Shown piece by piece: positions 49,689 to 60,373 of a stretch of 64,000 bases of DNA. Origin of the DNA: Thermofilaceae archaeon (GTDB lineage Archaea; Thermoproteota; Thermoprotei; Thermofilales; Thermofilaceae). The stretch is taken from assembly GCA_038861545.1 (NCBI GenBank), contig JAWCCZ010000002.1:64001-128000 (forward strand), in the 5' to 3' direction. The translations under genes and the position numbers were made by a program. The notes under the pieces are model-generated. The model did no database searches and was not told where the DNA came from. It saw nothing but the letters and a program-made list of their open reading frames with translations. Every line of letters starts with the position of its first letter. The stretch's first letter is position 1.

Positions 49689-50257
49689 ATGGAGGTTTAA
49701 CGCTGAGCCATCGGTGAAGGAAAAGACTATTTTATTCTAAATTATTGCAGAGAAGATTAGAAAGAACAGTATCTCAAACAGAAGTTTACTGTAAGATACG
49801 AGTACCGTAACAACTTCTACAACAAATAATACCATCGCATGGAAATGCCTAAACTGATAGGGGCACTGAACAAAACTATGGAGTGAGTTCAACTGTATTT
49901 ACGCTCATGCGTAAATACCGGGTTGAGGAGAATTTTCTCCACTACAGGCATCATTCTACTAGCGTAAGTTGTTTGAGTCAAGTCGCTATGACTCTAAAGT
50001 ATATTATTGTACATGATTTCTACTATGCTGCGAACAACGACCCCGAAAATATTAGTTAGGAGCTTCTCTAAATCCAAACCTTAAGGTTTAGTTTTAATGC
50101 ATTTAGCTAAAGCACTTATATATGCGAAGTTTGAAGAAACTGTAAAAGACATAATTTGACCTTACCTTTTTCATGAACAACCTTCTCATTAGTTAAATTG
50201 GAACCTTTTATCATAATATTTTTTATTTTCATAGTATATTTTTAAGTATGAGGCACC

Positions 50258-52252
50258 TTGCACATTAATAGAAGAAAAAGCGAGCATGGGAAAATCACCT
50301 GGGTATTAGGAGCACTAGCTTTACTTCTCACATTGTTTTTCGCAGTTGTTATTTACCAGAGAAGTATGGAGAAAGTAGAGGTGGGAAACTTGGCTAAAAT
50401 AGTCGTCTTCCCCGCGGGGCCCTTGGATAGAGTGTATAAGGATACATCTCCCTTAAAGGTTGGAGAGCCACTTAAGCTGTCCGCTGTGAAGAACGAATAC
50501 GTTGGTAGCATGTTCGGCGTCTGGAGCACCCAAAATTTAAAGGGGTTGCGGCTTGAGGTAACTGACCTCAAGTCTGAGAGGGGAATAATCAACGCTAGCA
50601 ACGTGAAAGCCTTCTTTGTCGGTTTAATACCAGTCACGTCTAACTCACCTGCACCGCTAGAAGAATTGGAGAGAAGAGCTTCCAGCGAAATCCCCGATCC
50701 CATTCTCGAGGAGGCAAAGGAGATAGACCTTGAAGCAGGTGTAACTCAACCGTGTTACCTGCGTGTTTATGTTCCATCGGATGCAAAGCCGGGAGAGTAT
50801 AAAGGCTACGTGACAGTCAGGGCTGAAAGCCTTGAAACAAGGATGGAAGTAGTTTTACTCGTTCATCCTATTACACTGCCAAGCAGGAGGAGTTTATATG
50901 TGACGAACTGGTTTAGTATCTGGAATATAGCTAAGTTCTACAACGTAGAACTCTGGAGTGAAGAATTCTGGGATATCTTTGAGCGCTGGGTGAAGTTCAT
51001 GGTCGAATACCGGCAGAACGTGTTCTGGGTCCCACTCGATACGATAAAAGTCTATAAGATCGCTGACAGCTACAAGTTCGATTTCTCAGTTTTCGACCTC
51101 TACGTAGAAATTCTCCTCAAGAATGGGGCTGAACTTATTGAGATCACTCACATTGCTGGTTTTAAGCAGTGGGGCGGGCGCGAGATCGAGCTAAAGAGCT
51201 TCCAAGTGGTCTACGGGCCTGAAGACATTAGAACAGAACCCGGTGAACTCGTGCTACCTCATCTATTAACAGCTTTAGAGAAACACCTTCGCGAAAAGGG
51301 GTGGCTTAAGAGGACTGTAATTCACGTTGCAGATGAGCCAACGGAGGACGGTATCGAGGAATGGAGGAGAGTTTCAAAAATGGTTAAGGAATTCGCTCCA
51401 AGCCTTCGCAGAATTGATGCTGTTGAGACGATTGGCTTCGGCGAGGATTTAGAGATATTAGTTCCCACCCTCCACCACTACGACCAATGGATAGACAAGT
51501 ACGAGGCAGAGAGAAAGGAGGGGAGAGAGTTATGGTTCTACACTTGCCTTAACCCACAGGGCAGATACCCAAACCGTTTCATCGATTTCCCGTTAATTAA
51601 GACTCGTATCCTTCACTGGATTAACTACGCTTACGACCTAAAGGGTTTCCTTCACTGGGGCTACAACTGGTGGTACGGCGATCCATTCAAGGACCTCAAC
51701 CCACAGTTACCACCAGGCGACACTCATATTGTTTACCCCGGCAAGCAAGGGCCTCTGCCGAGCCTGCGACTTGAGGCGATGAGGGATGGATTGGAGGATT
51801 ACGAGCTTTTCAAGCTACTTGAAGAAGAGATTATGGCTTTGAAGGAAGAACTGGGTGGGAAAGCTCTTGAATTACCTTTCGAGAAAAGAGCACTTGAGCT
51901 ATGCCGAAAAGCAGTTCCATCACTCACCAGCTACGTTAAAGATCCTATTAAGTTCTTGGAGATACGCGAGGAGGTGATAAGAGAATTATTAGAGGTGAGG
52001 GAAAAACCACTGGCTCTTGTGTTAACTGAACCCCCAGAGTGGAGGCCAATCACTTGGGGACCGTTAATGATCATAGTGAAAGGCGTTTGTGAGGAAGGTG
52101 TAAAGATAGAAGTAAATGGTAAACCTGTACTAGTGCAAAAGGGGTACTTTGCTACATATACATTTCCAAACCAGAGAGGTGAGATTAGGATAAGAGTTTG
52201 GAATGAAGAGTATGAGAAAGTAATCGTGCGAAAGTTTACAATAATCGAGTGA
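50258..52252 (+). CDS. Membrane-anchored GH123/DUF4091-like glycoside hydrolase
   Basis: N-terminal TM; IPDPI, ADEP, WFYTC, GFLHWGYNWW, PPGDTHIVYPG, SLRLEAMRDGLEDYE. Confidence 0.82.
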   Translation: MHINRRKSEHGKITWVLGALALLLTLFFAVVIYQRSMEKVEVGNLAKIVVFPAGPLDRVYKDTSPLKVGEPLKLSAVKNEYVGSMFGVWSTQNLKGLRLEVTDLKSERGIINASNVKAFFVGLIPVTSNSPAPLEELERRASSEIPDPILEEAKEIDLEAGVTQPCYLRVYVPSDAKPGEYKGYVTVRAESLETRMEVVLLVHPITLPSRRSLYVTNWFSIWNIAKFYNVELWSEEFWDIFERWVKFMVEYRQNVFWVPLDTIKVYKIADSYKFDFSVFDLYVEILLKNGAELIEITHIAGFKQWGGREIELKSFQVVYGPEDIRTEPGELVLPHLLTALEKHLREKGWLKRTVIHVADEPTEDGIEEWRRVSKMVKEFAPSLRRIDAVETIGFGEDLEILVPTLHHYDQWIDKYEAERKEGRELWFYTCLNPQGRYPNRFIDFPLIKTRILHWINYAYDLKGFLHWGYNWWYGDPFKDLNPQLPPGDTHIVYPGKQGPLPSLRLEAMRDGLEDYELFKLLEEEIMALKEELGGKALELPFEKRALELCRKAVPSLTSYVKDPIKFLEIREEVIRELLEVREKPLALVLTEPPEWRPITWGPLMIIVKGVCEEGVKIEVNGKPVLVQKGYFATYTFPNQRGEIRIRVWNEEYEKVIVRKFTIIE

Positions 52253-53417
52253 AAACTATTGGCCGAGAACTTTACCTCCTTTACTAGGTGTTGATCGTAG
52301 GTTTACAGTAGAGGCTGGGAAAAGTAGATACTCACTGTTCCTCCAAACTGTATAGTTGCTGATGTAAAACAGCGCTACCAACACAATACTTACTTAAAAT
52401 AAATGTAAAATTCTACCCTGAAAACTTAACAGTCACACACTTCTCCGGTGAAGTTACTCTCAAGCATGGTAATTATGCTTGCTCCTATCAAGTAGCTTAT
52501 AAACGCGTACGGGAAAACCGGGAAAAATGTTTTTCACTTTAACACAAGAAAGAAAAGTTGTGGGCATATAGGCTAATGTTTAACAGTAGCATAAATATTC
52601 TTGTCAGAGGGGCTTTCATTTATTTCATTTAATATAATATGATGTATTGCTACTATGCTAATCCCCTCGATATGATGTTTTACCCCCTGTTTCGAACTTC
52701 TGAAACACTTTATCTAAGCGCATGCGTTGATCATACACATATAGCTCATGTAACTGCCTACTGAAATGGTCGTGTCAAAGAGGTTTACTATCAAAGCTAT
52801 TAACTACCTAAGATTTTAGCGGATGTAGCTCTTTCCCTACATCTTTTATTTATCGACGCTTCCATAGTGTTAACCTCTTTACAGACTTTCTTTTACGCTT
52901 AATCGATTATCATATTTTAAGGCAAGACCGTGAAATGTTCAATGGGAAGAAAGTTACTGAAGGGATTGTTAGCTTAAAGAGCAGCTTTCCGCATTAAATT
53001 TGTTAACCGTTACTGGGAATGCAATGGTTCTCACGAAATCCCTATCTTTTTCATTGTAGCAGCGTATGGGGTTTTCGAAAATACCTTCAGGCTATTAGGG
53101 AGGTTGAAGGTGCTGAGAGTGCCAGAGTAAGAGTAGTACTTAATAACAACTCGTTACTAGTTGAACCTCCACACAGAGGGTGAAACTATTGAAGCCTGCG
53201 CCAGGGAAACGGGAAGTGAACGTGTTTTTCGGAGATCTTGAACAAATGATGAAAGTTTCCGAATCGAGTAAGCTACAACCCTCATCACTCTCCGTAGAGC
53301 AGTAACTATGTTGGCTGGCGTGAAGCTAAGGGCCTTTATAGCTGGACAGCTTGAATAGCAAGCTCCGCATTAGTGTACTCAAGCTTGAGAGTTTTAGGCA
53401 ACTCCATGCAAACTTTC

Positions 53418-54293
53418 CTAAATGTTAATCTTAAAGGAGCTAAGTCTCTTTACTGTTTCAGGATCATTATGTGAGAGAAATAGACTTTTCCCTGTGTCAA
53501 GTGCTTTAATTTTTTCCATGTCTTCTTGACTAAGCTCGAAATCAAATATGTTAATGTTCTCTATCATCCTTTCTCTATGTATAGTCTTCGGTATAACAAT
53601 TACCCCTCTTTGAATCAACCAGCGTAAGACTACTTGAGCAACCGTCTTATTATACTTCCTAGCTATGGACAATAGAACCTCATTCTGAAAAATATTATTT
53701 CTACCTTCAGCGAGCGGCGCCCAAGCCTCTGGTTGCACGTTATACTGTCTCATAAATTTGATAGACTCCTCCTGTTGATGGAACGGGTGTATTTCAATTT
53801 GATTCACTGTGGGAGTCACCTCATGGTGAACAATTAAATCCATTAAACGATCTGGCTGAAAATTGCTCACCCCTATCGCGCGAACTAACCCCTCGCGGTA
53901 AATTTCCTCCATAGCCCGCCAAGCACAGTGGACATCACCAAACGGTTGATGTATCAAGTATAGGTCGATGTACTCAAGGCCGAGCCTTTTAAGAGATCTC
54001 TCAAAAGCCTTTTTAGCTTTCTCGTAGCTTGTATCCTGTATCCAGAGTTTAGTAGTGATGAACAGCTCTTCTCTTTTCACAATACCTTCCTCCGTAGCTT
54101 TCTTAATCGCTCTTCCGACGGCTTCCTCGTTCATGTAAGCAGCTGCAGTGTCAAACAAGCGGTAACCAACTTTAATTGCCTCATACACGCACTGTTCACA
54201 TAAAGCTGGATCAAAAATCTGAAAAGTGCCATAACCCGCGACAGGTATTACAACGTTGTTGTTTAAAACTACATGCTGCATATCTACTCTCAC
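53418..54293 (-). CDS. Aldo/keto reductase (2,5-DKG reductase-like)
   Basis: GYGTFQ, FDTAAAYMNE, TTKLW, LYLIHQP, IGVSNF, IPKT. Confidence 0.95.
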   Translation of the reverse strand: MRVDMQHVVLNNNVVIPVAGYGTFQIFDPALCEQCVYEAIKVGYRLFDTAAAYMNEEAVGRAIKKATEEGIVKREELFITTKLWIQDTSYEKAKKAFERSLKRLGLEYIDLYLIHQPFGDVHCAWRAMEEIYREGLVRAIGVSNFQPDRLMDLIVHHEVTPTVNQIEIHPFHQQEESIKFMRQYNVQPEAWAPLAEGRNNIFQNEVLLSIARKYNKTVAQVVLRWLIQRGVIVIPKTIHRERMIENINIFDFELSQEDMEKIKALDTGKSLFLSHNDPETVKRLSSFKINI

Positions 54294-54404
54294 TCATACA
54301 ATATTATAAAGGTAATTCATGCTTATACAATCTCTGAGGTGGTAAATACAAACTAAATTCAAACACAGCGTCAAAAATTTATATGTGTAAGCTGTAAAAA
54401 TGAC

Positions 54405-54905
54405 ATGACTAAGCGCGTTCTCATCGCTTACTACTCCTGGTCCGGGAATACGCGCCGGTTAGCTCAAGTAATTCATAAGTTCATCGGCGGAGCGCTTTAC
54501 GAGATTGAGCCGGTAACCCCCTATCCAAGCTCCTTCGGTGAGACTGTTGCACAAGCAAGAGAGGAGATTAGTAGAAGCTACAAGCCACCTTTAAAAACGA
54601 GATTAAATACTGTTGAGCCCTATAAGGTGATCTTTGTCGGGTCGCCTAACTGGTGTGGAACAATTGCGCCGCCTGTTGCAAGTTTCCTTAGTATGTATGA
54701 CTTTTCAGAGAGGGTGATAGCTCCCTTTTTCACACATGGGAGAGGTGGCCTGCAAAATATGCTGACCGCCGTCAAGGAGCTCTGCCCTCGCTCAACTATG
54801 CTTGAGCCATTTGCTGTCTACGGAGAAAATGTAAACTCAGCAGAAAATCGTGTCCTAGAATGGTTGAAGAGAATCAATATAGAGAAGCACCTGAACGACC
54901 TGTAA
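54405..54905 (+). CDS. Flavodoxin (Flavodoxin_4-like)
   Basis: YYSWSGNT, VGSPNWCGTIAPP, FFTHG. Confidence 0.9.
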   Translation: MTKRVLIAYYSWSGNTRRLAQVIHKFIGGALYEIEPVTPYPSSFGETVAQAREEISRSYKPPLKTRLNTVEPYKVIFVGSPNWCGTIAPPVASFLSMYDFSERVIAPFFTHGRGGLQNMLTAVKELCPRSTMLEPFAVYGENVNSAENRVLEWLKRINIEKHLNDL

Positions 54906-54987
54906 AAAACACCTCCTGAAAGAAAGATTGTAACATCTACTACACCTGTAGCCACTTATACGTGATCCCTAAGATTCACGCTAGAGT

Positions 54988-55743
54988 TTAATTACTGAAC
55001 AATGCTTCTAGGTATTTGAGCATTCTTCTTGCACTTTCGAGAGAGTCACCGGGTGGGTGATCATGCTCAACGATGTGCCACTCGACGCCAGATTTCTCTG
55101 CAATCAGTGTTATTTTCTTGAAATCGATGATTCCCTGCCCTATTTCCGTCATTTCTTTTGTCTGCTCGTCTCTCATATCCTTAAGGTGTAAAAGCGGACA
55201 TCTACCTTTAAGTGAATCAATCACGACAACTGGATCAAAGCCAGCGTACTTTATCCAGTAAACATCTGGTTGAAAAAGCACGTAGCGCGGATCGGTTTTC
55301 TCAACTAGATGCCAGTACAAGGGTTTATCATCGATGCAGCGTTCAAATTGAATAGAATGATTATGCACCGCTAACCGTAAGCCGCGCTTAACCACTTCCA
55401 TCCCCAATTGTTCCATCTCTACCGCTAAACTTTCAAGTTCACTTTTGCTTAAAATTCTCCTAACATCGGGTTCCGTTACCAGGAATGTTAAGCCGAGTTC
55501 ATCCGCGTAGCGGATGAAGTTCTCAGGGTTTTTTCGGAAATCTTGGTATGAGACATGTGCCGAGACCGGCTGTAAACCGGTTTGCCTAAGAAAAGCTTTA
55601 AGCTCATCAGCGTTTACACTCATAAACGGATAACCTGCAAACTCGATAGCCCTGTAACCAGCTTTGGCTACCAGCTTAAGTGTGCGTTGCCATTGAACAG
55701 CGACTTGATCTCTTACCGTGTAAAGCTGTAAGGCTACTTGCAC
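54988..55743 (-). CDS. Sugar phosphate isomerase/epimerase (xylose isomerase-like TIM barrel)
   Basis: LQLYTVRD, IEFAG, HNH..F, PDVYW, HLKD, IVEHD. Confidence 0.88.
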   Translation of the reverse strand: MQVALQLYTVRDQVAVQWQRTLKLVAKAGYRAIEFAGYPFMSVNADELKAFLRQTGLQPVSAHVSYQDFRKNPENFIRYADELGLTFLVTEPDVRRILSKSELESLAVEMEQLGMEVVKRGLRLAVHNHSIQFERCIDDKPLYWHLVEKTDPRYVLFQPDVYWIKYAGFDPVVVIDSLKGRCPLLHLKDMRDEQTKEMTEIGQGIIDFKKITLIAEKSGVEWHIVEHDHPPGDSLESARRMLKYLEALFSN

Positions 55744-55837
55744 AATTTAAGTTGCAAGTAGGTATATGAAAAAGGTTTCCGCGATTAGTTTTACTGGACT
55801 TCAATAAGAAAACTGGATTCATATTCCAGAACTAAAG

Positions 55838-56860
55838 TTAAACAAGTTCGACGTGTACTTTCAGCCCTGTGAGCTTGGTGAAAGCCTCGGCTTTAGCTTT
55901 AAGATAAGCTTGGTTTACACAGTTGTAGGCGTCACTGTTTAAAAGTAAGATAAGTTTCGACCCTTTCTTCTCAGAACCTATGTACACTCCTTCCCACTTG
56001 TAAGCGTTTTCGAAGGCGTCGCCTAGCCGGATCGCCGCAGCGACAAGCTGTGCAGCTTCGCCTAGCTCGCGTAAACTTTTATCGCCAAGTAAGTCTGTCT
56101 GCCTCCTGTGATGGAATATGGCCTTAGCTACAACCTCTAGGTTACAACATTCTTTTACTTCTTTTAGGTTCAGGGCGAACACGGCTCCAGTCTCATGGTG
56201 CTGCTCATCTTCGCCGAACACTCTACCTACATCATGCAGCAGCCCGGCGGCATAGGCATTTCGAAGGTCGCTAGCGTTTAATTTGAAGGTATCCTCTACG
56301 GCTTCGAGTATATCAAGGGCTACTCCTGCCACTGTTGAAGCATGGTCTCCATACGCTGTCCAGTACCTGAGCGCTCCAACCCCCTCTCTCTTTAAATGCT
56401 TGACAACTTTACTGATCCATTGAACATTGGTTAGCCTTTGAGCCCTGAAGAACCAGCGTAAAGCTAGAGTCTGGGATGGTGTCTCACCCATGAAGCCCAG
56501 TCTACGCATACGGTTGAGCACTTCCTCCTTCGATAAGTTATCCCTTAGACATATAAGCATGGCTACGGTAACCCCGCTCCTCCCTATACCCCCTCGGCAG
56601 TGCACAAGTACGCCGTCGCCCATCTTAATGCGCTCTAAAACAGGCAGTACAACATCTACGAGCACCCCCTCAAAAGCTCTGTAAGAGAAATCGGGGATCG
56701 GGTACTCTAGTTTCTCTACTCCCGAGGGGAGCTCGTAACTACATTCGCCCTCAGTTAAGTCTACAACCAGTTTCACTCCCCTACGTGCTAGCGATGAAAC
56801 GAGTCCCGTGTCTGGGCACGAGGACCAGTAAAAGTTCCCTAAATCTCTAAGCTTTGCCAT
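55838..56860 (-). CDS. Dual-specificity/PTP-like phosphatase fused to HD domain
   Basis: PIPDF and HCRGGIGRSG (CX5R); DHASTVA...LLHDVGR...HH...HHR...RLGDAFE. Confidence 0.85.
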   Translation of the reverse strand: MAKLRDLGNFYWSSCPDTGLVSSLARRGVKLVVDLTEGECSYELPSGVEKLEYPIPDFSYRAFEGVLVDVVLPVLERIKMGDGVLVHCRGGIGRSGVTVAMLICLRDNLSKEEVLNRMRRLGFMGETPSQTLALRWFFRAQRLTNVQWISKVVKHLKREGVGALRYWTAYGDHASTVAGVALDILEAVEDTFKLNASDLRNAYAAGLLHDVGRVFGEDEQHHETGAVFALNLKEVKECCNLEVVAKAIFHHRRQTDLLGDKSLRELGEAAQLVAAAIRLGDAFENAYKWEGVYIGSEKKGSKLILLLNSDAYNCVNQAYLKAKAEAFTKLTGLKVHVELV

Positions 56861-56945
56861 AGTGAATTAGGGTTTTAACATGATATAAAGCTGGCTTAGC
56901 CTATAATAAGTCAATAGTGAATCTATACGTAGTTCCAGTTACAGC

Positions 56946-58307
56946 TTACTTTTTCACCATCCTGTATCTCTCGTACAGCATTGTCACCTTGTCTCCTTCT
57001 ATGAAGAACTCCGCCTCTACTCTCCTCCCGTACGAGACTGTGTAGAACAACGCATAGTCCTCTCTGACTTCTACAGGCGCTAGTGGCGTAAAGCTCTCGG
57101 TTAAAAGATCCCTGTACTCGAGTAGTAAAAAGTCTCCACGTCTCTTTACTTGGAAGCGGTAGGACCCCCGAAATGATTCATAAATACCTTGAAGCTTATC
57201 GAGCAACCTATCCCTCTTTAACAGTGGAAGTTTCTCCGGATCCTTACCCAGCAGTGTTGAAAGAGCGTACAGCCCAATCATTGAAAGAGGATATCCTGAG
57301 GCATTAGCTAGAACCACTACACCAACGCGCTCCGTTGGCACGTAGCCGATAAATGCTGTGTGAACAAGCACTGAGCCACCGTGATGCACTAGGCGTGTAT
57401 CCCAGAACCGATCTGTAACGATAAGACCATACCCATAGCTTTCATCTCCAAAAGGTCCTCCGGGAAAGCTCGCATGTCTCTCCTCCATCAGTTCTATAGA
57501 CTCACGTGAAACAAGGCTTGTTCCCTCAAGCTTCCCTCTATTCGCAAGCATCATTACGTATCTGGACATGTCAAAGCAGTTGCTTAGCAATCCACCGTCC
57601 GCTGTAGGACCGTAGGGGAACCTGCTCCTAATGTGCTTTCCGTCACGACTCAGGATGTAGGGTGCTGCTGTATCAGGGTCGCTGGATACTTCGCTCTCAC
57701 TGAAGTATGTTCGGTTCATCTTAAGTGGTTTAAGAATCCTTTCTCGAATGAAGTCTTCATAACGCATCCCGCTTACCTTGGAAATCACCATTCCCATTAA
57801 AGCGTATCCCTCGTTCAGATAAAAGAAACGAGAGCCTGGATCTGCAGCAACCCATTCCTCGTAGCCCGACATATAAGAGAGCACATCCTCAGGCGACGCT
57901 ACCGGTGTCCAAACTGCGTCGAGCCCTAGAGAACCTCTTATGAGACCTTCAGCATAAGCCAGTGCAGGAATACCGCTCGTATGAGTCAATAAATGATGTA
58001 TCGTCACTGGCTTCCCTTTCACTTTTAAATCCAGTGGAATATATTTGGAAACAGGATCTTCAAGTGAAAGCCGCCCCTCCTCCGCCAGCATCATAACTGC
58101 TAAAGCTGTGAAGGACTTCGTCACGGAGCCAATCCCGTAAATGGTCCCTGCCGTCGCTGGAAGACCTTTCTCTAGATCCCTGAAGCCGAAACCCCTCATA
58201 TATACAAGTTCTTTTCCTTTAACGAGTGTTAAACTCAAGCCGGGTATGCGGGTAGCTGATATCTTCTCCAGGGTAAATGACTCAATCTTAACTGAATCAT
58301 CAACCAT
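56946..58307 (-). CDS. Beta-lactamase-fold serine peptidase (Pab87-like)
   Basis: GSVTK (SxxK), LLTHTSG, YLN, HGGS; C-terminal beta-rich oligomerisation-type domain. Confidence 0.88.
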   Translation of the reverse strand: MVDDSVKIESFTLEKISATRIPGLSLTLVKGKELVYMRGFGFRDLEKGLPATAGTIYGIGSVTKSFTALAVMMLAEEGRLSLEDPVSKYIPLDLKVKGKPVTIHHLLTHTSGIPALAYAEGLIRGSLGLDAVWTPVASPEDVLSYMSGYEEWVAADPGSRFFYLNEGYALMGMVISKVSGMRYEDFIRERILKPLKMNRTYFSESEVSSDPDTAAPYILSRDGKHIRSRFPYGPTADGGLLSNCFDMSRYVMMLANRGKLEGTSLVSRESIELMEERHASFPGGPFGDESYGYGLIVTDRFWDTRLVHHGGSVLVHTAFIGYVPTERVGVVVLANASGYPLSMIGLYALSTLLGKDPEKLPLLKRDRLLDKLQGIYESFRGSYRFQVKRRGDFLLLEYRDLLTESFTPLAPVEVREDYALFYTVSYGRRVEAEFFIEGDKVTMLYERYRMVKK

Positions 58308-58410
58308 AAGACTGCGAGGAAGCTTACCAAGTATAAATATTTTGTATAGGAAAACGCATGGAATCGAGGTTACTTCCTAAGTTCGAGGAACAGTATTCAT
58401 CACGATTTAT

Positions 58411-58900
58411 CTATGCAATATTATTAGAAGTAAAATACCCACCTATAGTGGGTAAAGGAAAGCGGGTTGAGGACCTACCTGACTTCAGGGGAAGACTTGA
58501 AAAAGCTGAAGCAGCCCCCTCTACTACATCTATAATATAAATAGTTCCGTTCATTAAGCTAAGTATCTTGACCATTACATTGTTAAGAATTATGAGCTGA
58601 GAAAATACCAAGGATGACCGATATAGCCCAAAAAGTACAGGGTTTAATTTAGAAGCTTTGGACCAACGTGCTAACTCAAATCCAGAAAATAATAAACTAG
58701 AATGAGGATCATAACTATAAAAAGCTCGATAAGTGGAATCATAATGGATAGTTGACCAATAGCTAGGATAGATAGTAGCGTAGTCAGTATATTTATTATC
58801 CACTTCAGACACTAAAATTAAAACATCCTCTAAAGCTTCTTTAATAAGTGGAAAAAGTGCGATTGAACTTAGGATTAATATAAGTTTTCAATATAAATAC
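58411..58900 (-). pseudogene. AT-rich gene remnant
   Basis: 133-aa ORF in visibly AT-rich DNA; upstream coding-like sequence interrupted; no recognisable family. Confidence 0.3.
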
Positions 58901-59168
58901 TTGAGCCATAAAATCATTTAATAATCGTAAAATTAAGAATATCGTATGCACCATAAACTTAATTTCTCTAAGATTCCTCAGCCTATACTAAGTGATGTTA
59001 AAGGGAAAGGAAATCGTAGCTTAACGACTATCAACTGGAGAAGCTAGTTTAAAGCTAAAAAATAGAGAGTTAGAGCTCTGTTAGCTGGGAATTGTATGTG
59101 CAAGGCCTCGGCGAAGTCTACGAAATCTAAGGTTTTCCCTTCGTGTTTCTAAGGAACTTATAGTAGTG

Positions 59169-59582
59169 CTACTTTACATAGTACACTTTCAGTTCAAGGT
59201 TTTCAGCTACTTTGGCTTGTCTTTCATCGCTGGTGAGGAGCTCCCCATACTTGAGGGCTTGAGCTACGTACAATGAATCGTATACTGTTAAACTATTATG
59301 TAGAGATATTTCAAGAGATGCGTCAAAATACTCACTTTCGTTCTCAATTAGGATTACACCCACTTCTACGAGTCTCTTTAATCTCTGGAGAATTTCCTTT
59401 ACAATGAAGGGTTCAATGAATCTGCGGAGACAGCAGTGCTTCCATAATGCATTAGCAGCTTCTTTCAAAGCAAGGTCAAGCGTGCGAAGGGGTCTCTGCT
59501 CTTTCAGGTACCAACTAACTTCCTCCCAGCCTTCCTCGTGTAGGAGGTATTTTATAAGAGCAGAAGCATCAATTACTATCAC
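59169..59582 (-). CDS. vapC: PIN domain toxin (VapC)
   Basis: IVIDASALIK, KEAANALWK, TVYDSLYVAQA, LLTSDERQ. Confidence 0.92.
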   Translation of the reverse strand: MIVIDASALIKYLLHEEGWEEVSWYLKEQRPLRTLDLALKEAANALWKHCCLRRFIEPFIVKEILQRLKRLVEVGVILIENESEYFDASLEISLHNSLTVYDSLYVAQALKYGELLTSDERQAKVAENLELKVYYVK

Positions 59583-59802
59583 GATCTTCCCTCACGTAAC
59601 CGACTGCTGTCCCTCTCGGCATAGAGGGAAGCCCCATAATGGCTTCTTCAAGCTCTCTTATAGTCTTGACCTGCTCGTACTCTTGTACACGCCTCTCAAC
59701 GAACTTTCTAAGCTCCTCACTCCAGTTGATCTTACCGCGAAGCTCGTCCATTTTCCTCTTAAGTTCAAGCGGCACCCGAAATGAGACAACCGAATCCATC
59801 AC
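59569..59802 (-). CDS. vapB: RHH antitoxin (VapB)
   Basis: VVSFRVPLELKRKM...INWSEELRKF; VREDRD C-terminus; overlaps vapC. Confidence 0.9.
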   Translation of the reverse strand: MMDSVVSFRVPLELKRKMDELRGKINWSEELRKFVERRVQEYEQVKTIRELEEAIMGLPSMPRGTAVGYVREDRDSN

Positions 59803-59889
59803 ATGTAATACAATAACTAGTATTTAAGGAATTACATCTTGGCAAATATATGTATTCCATTTGGTGAGATAAAGTATTACATTATGTAA
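59803..59889. promoter_or_regulatory. Repeated ATGTAAT/ATTACAT half-sites around the vapB promoter
   Basis: ATGTAAT 59803-59809 and ATTACAT 59831-59837 flank the TATA; ATTACAT-T-ATGTAA at 59876-59889. Confidence 0.5.
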
Positions 59890-60373
59890 GGAAAGAATTC
59901 CCAACTTAGTAACAAACATCCTATGCCGTAAAACTGGAACGCTTGGATCCTAGCCGATTAACAGGGCTGTTCTCAGAGTTTTTAGTAAAAACCTTTGCCG
60001 TCAACCCCCTCCAAGTTCAGTTAACTTTGTAACTGGTTAAAGCTAGCTGTGGGAGTGATAAGTATGCTACTATGAATCTTGCCTACTTGCCCCTTCTCCT
60101 TAAACTAGCTTCTAATAGATACTCCTTACGAGCTCTTTCCACATAGCCCTACTAGTCGAGTGGTAGAGTTTAACCTCCTAATGCTTGAAACTGCTGTTAG
60201 AACACTGTTGAATCTGTCAAGCTAACCGCTATGCCTACTTGGCGGGTATCCGTTTTAATGATTACACTCACTCGTTGCTTCAATACTACATCCTCGGACA
60301 GTAGCTTTATACATTAAGTTTTAAGATTAAAAATAGCGATAACATTTTAGATATATGAGCTCACCTGTTGCGC

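Noticed and set aside
53247-53300. ATGATGA possible C box of a C/D sRNA
   Set aside because: No CTGA D box at suitable spacing
56946-58307. Antibiotic-resistance beta-lactamase
   Set aside because: Motifs and C-terminal domain fit the archaeal Pab87-type peptidase family
59931-60025. Possible long hairpin (AACTGGAACGCTTGGA ... TCCAAGTTCAGTT)
   Set aside because: Pairing needs several gaps; not distinguishable from chance by eye
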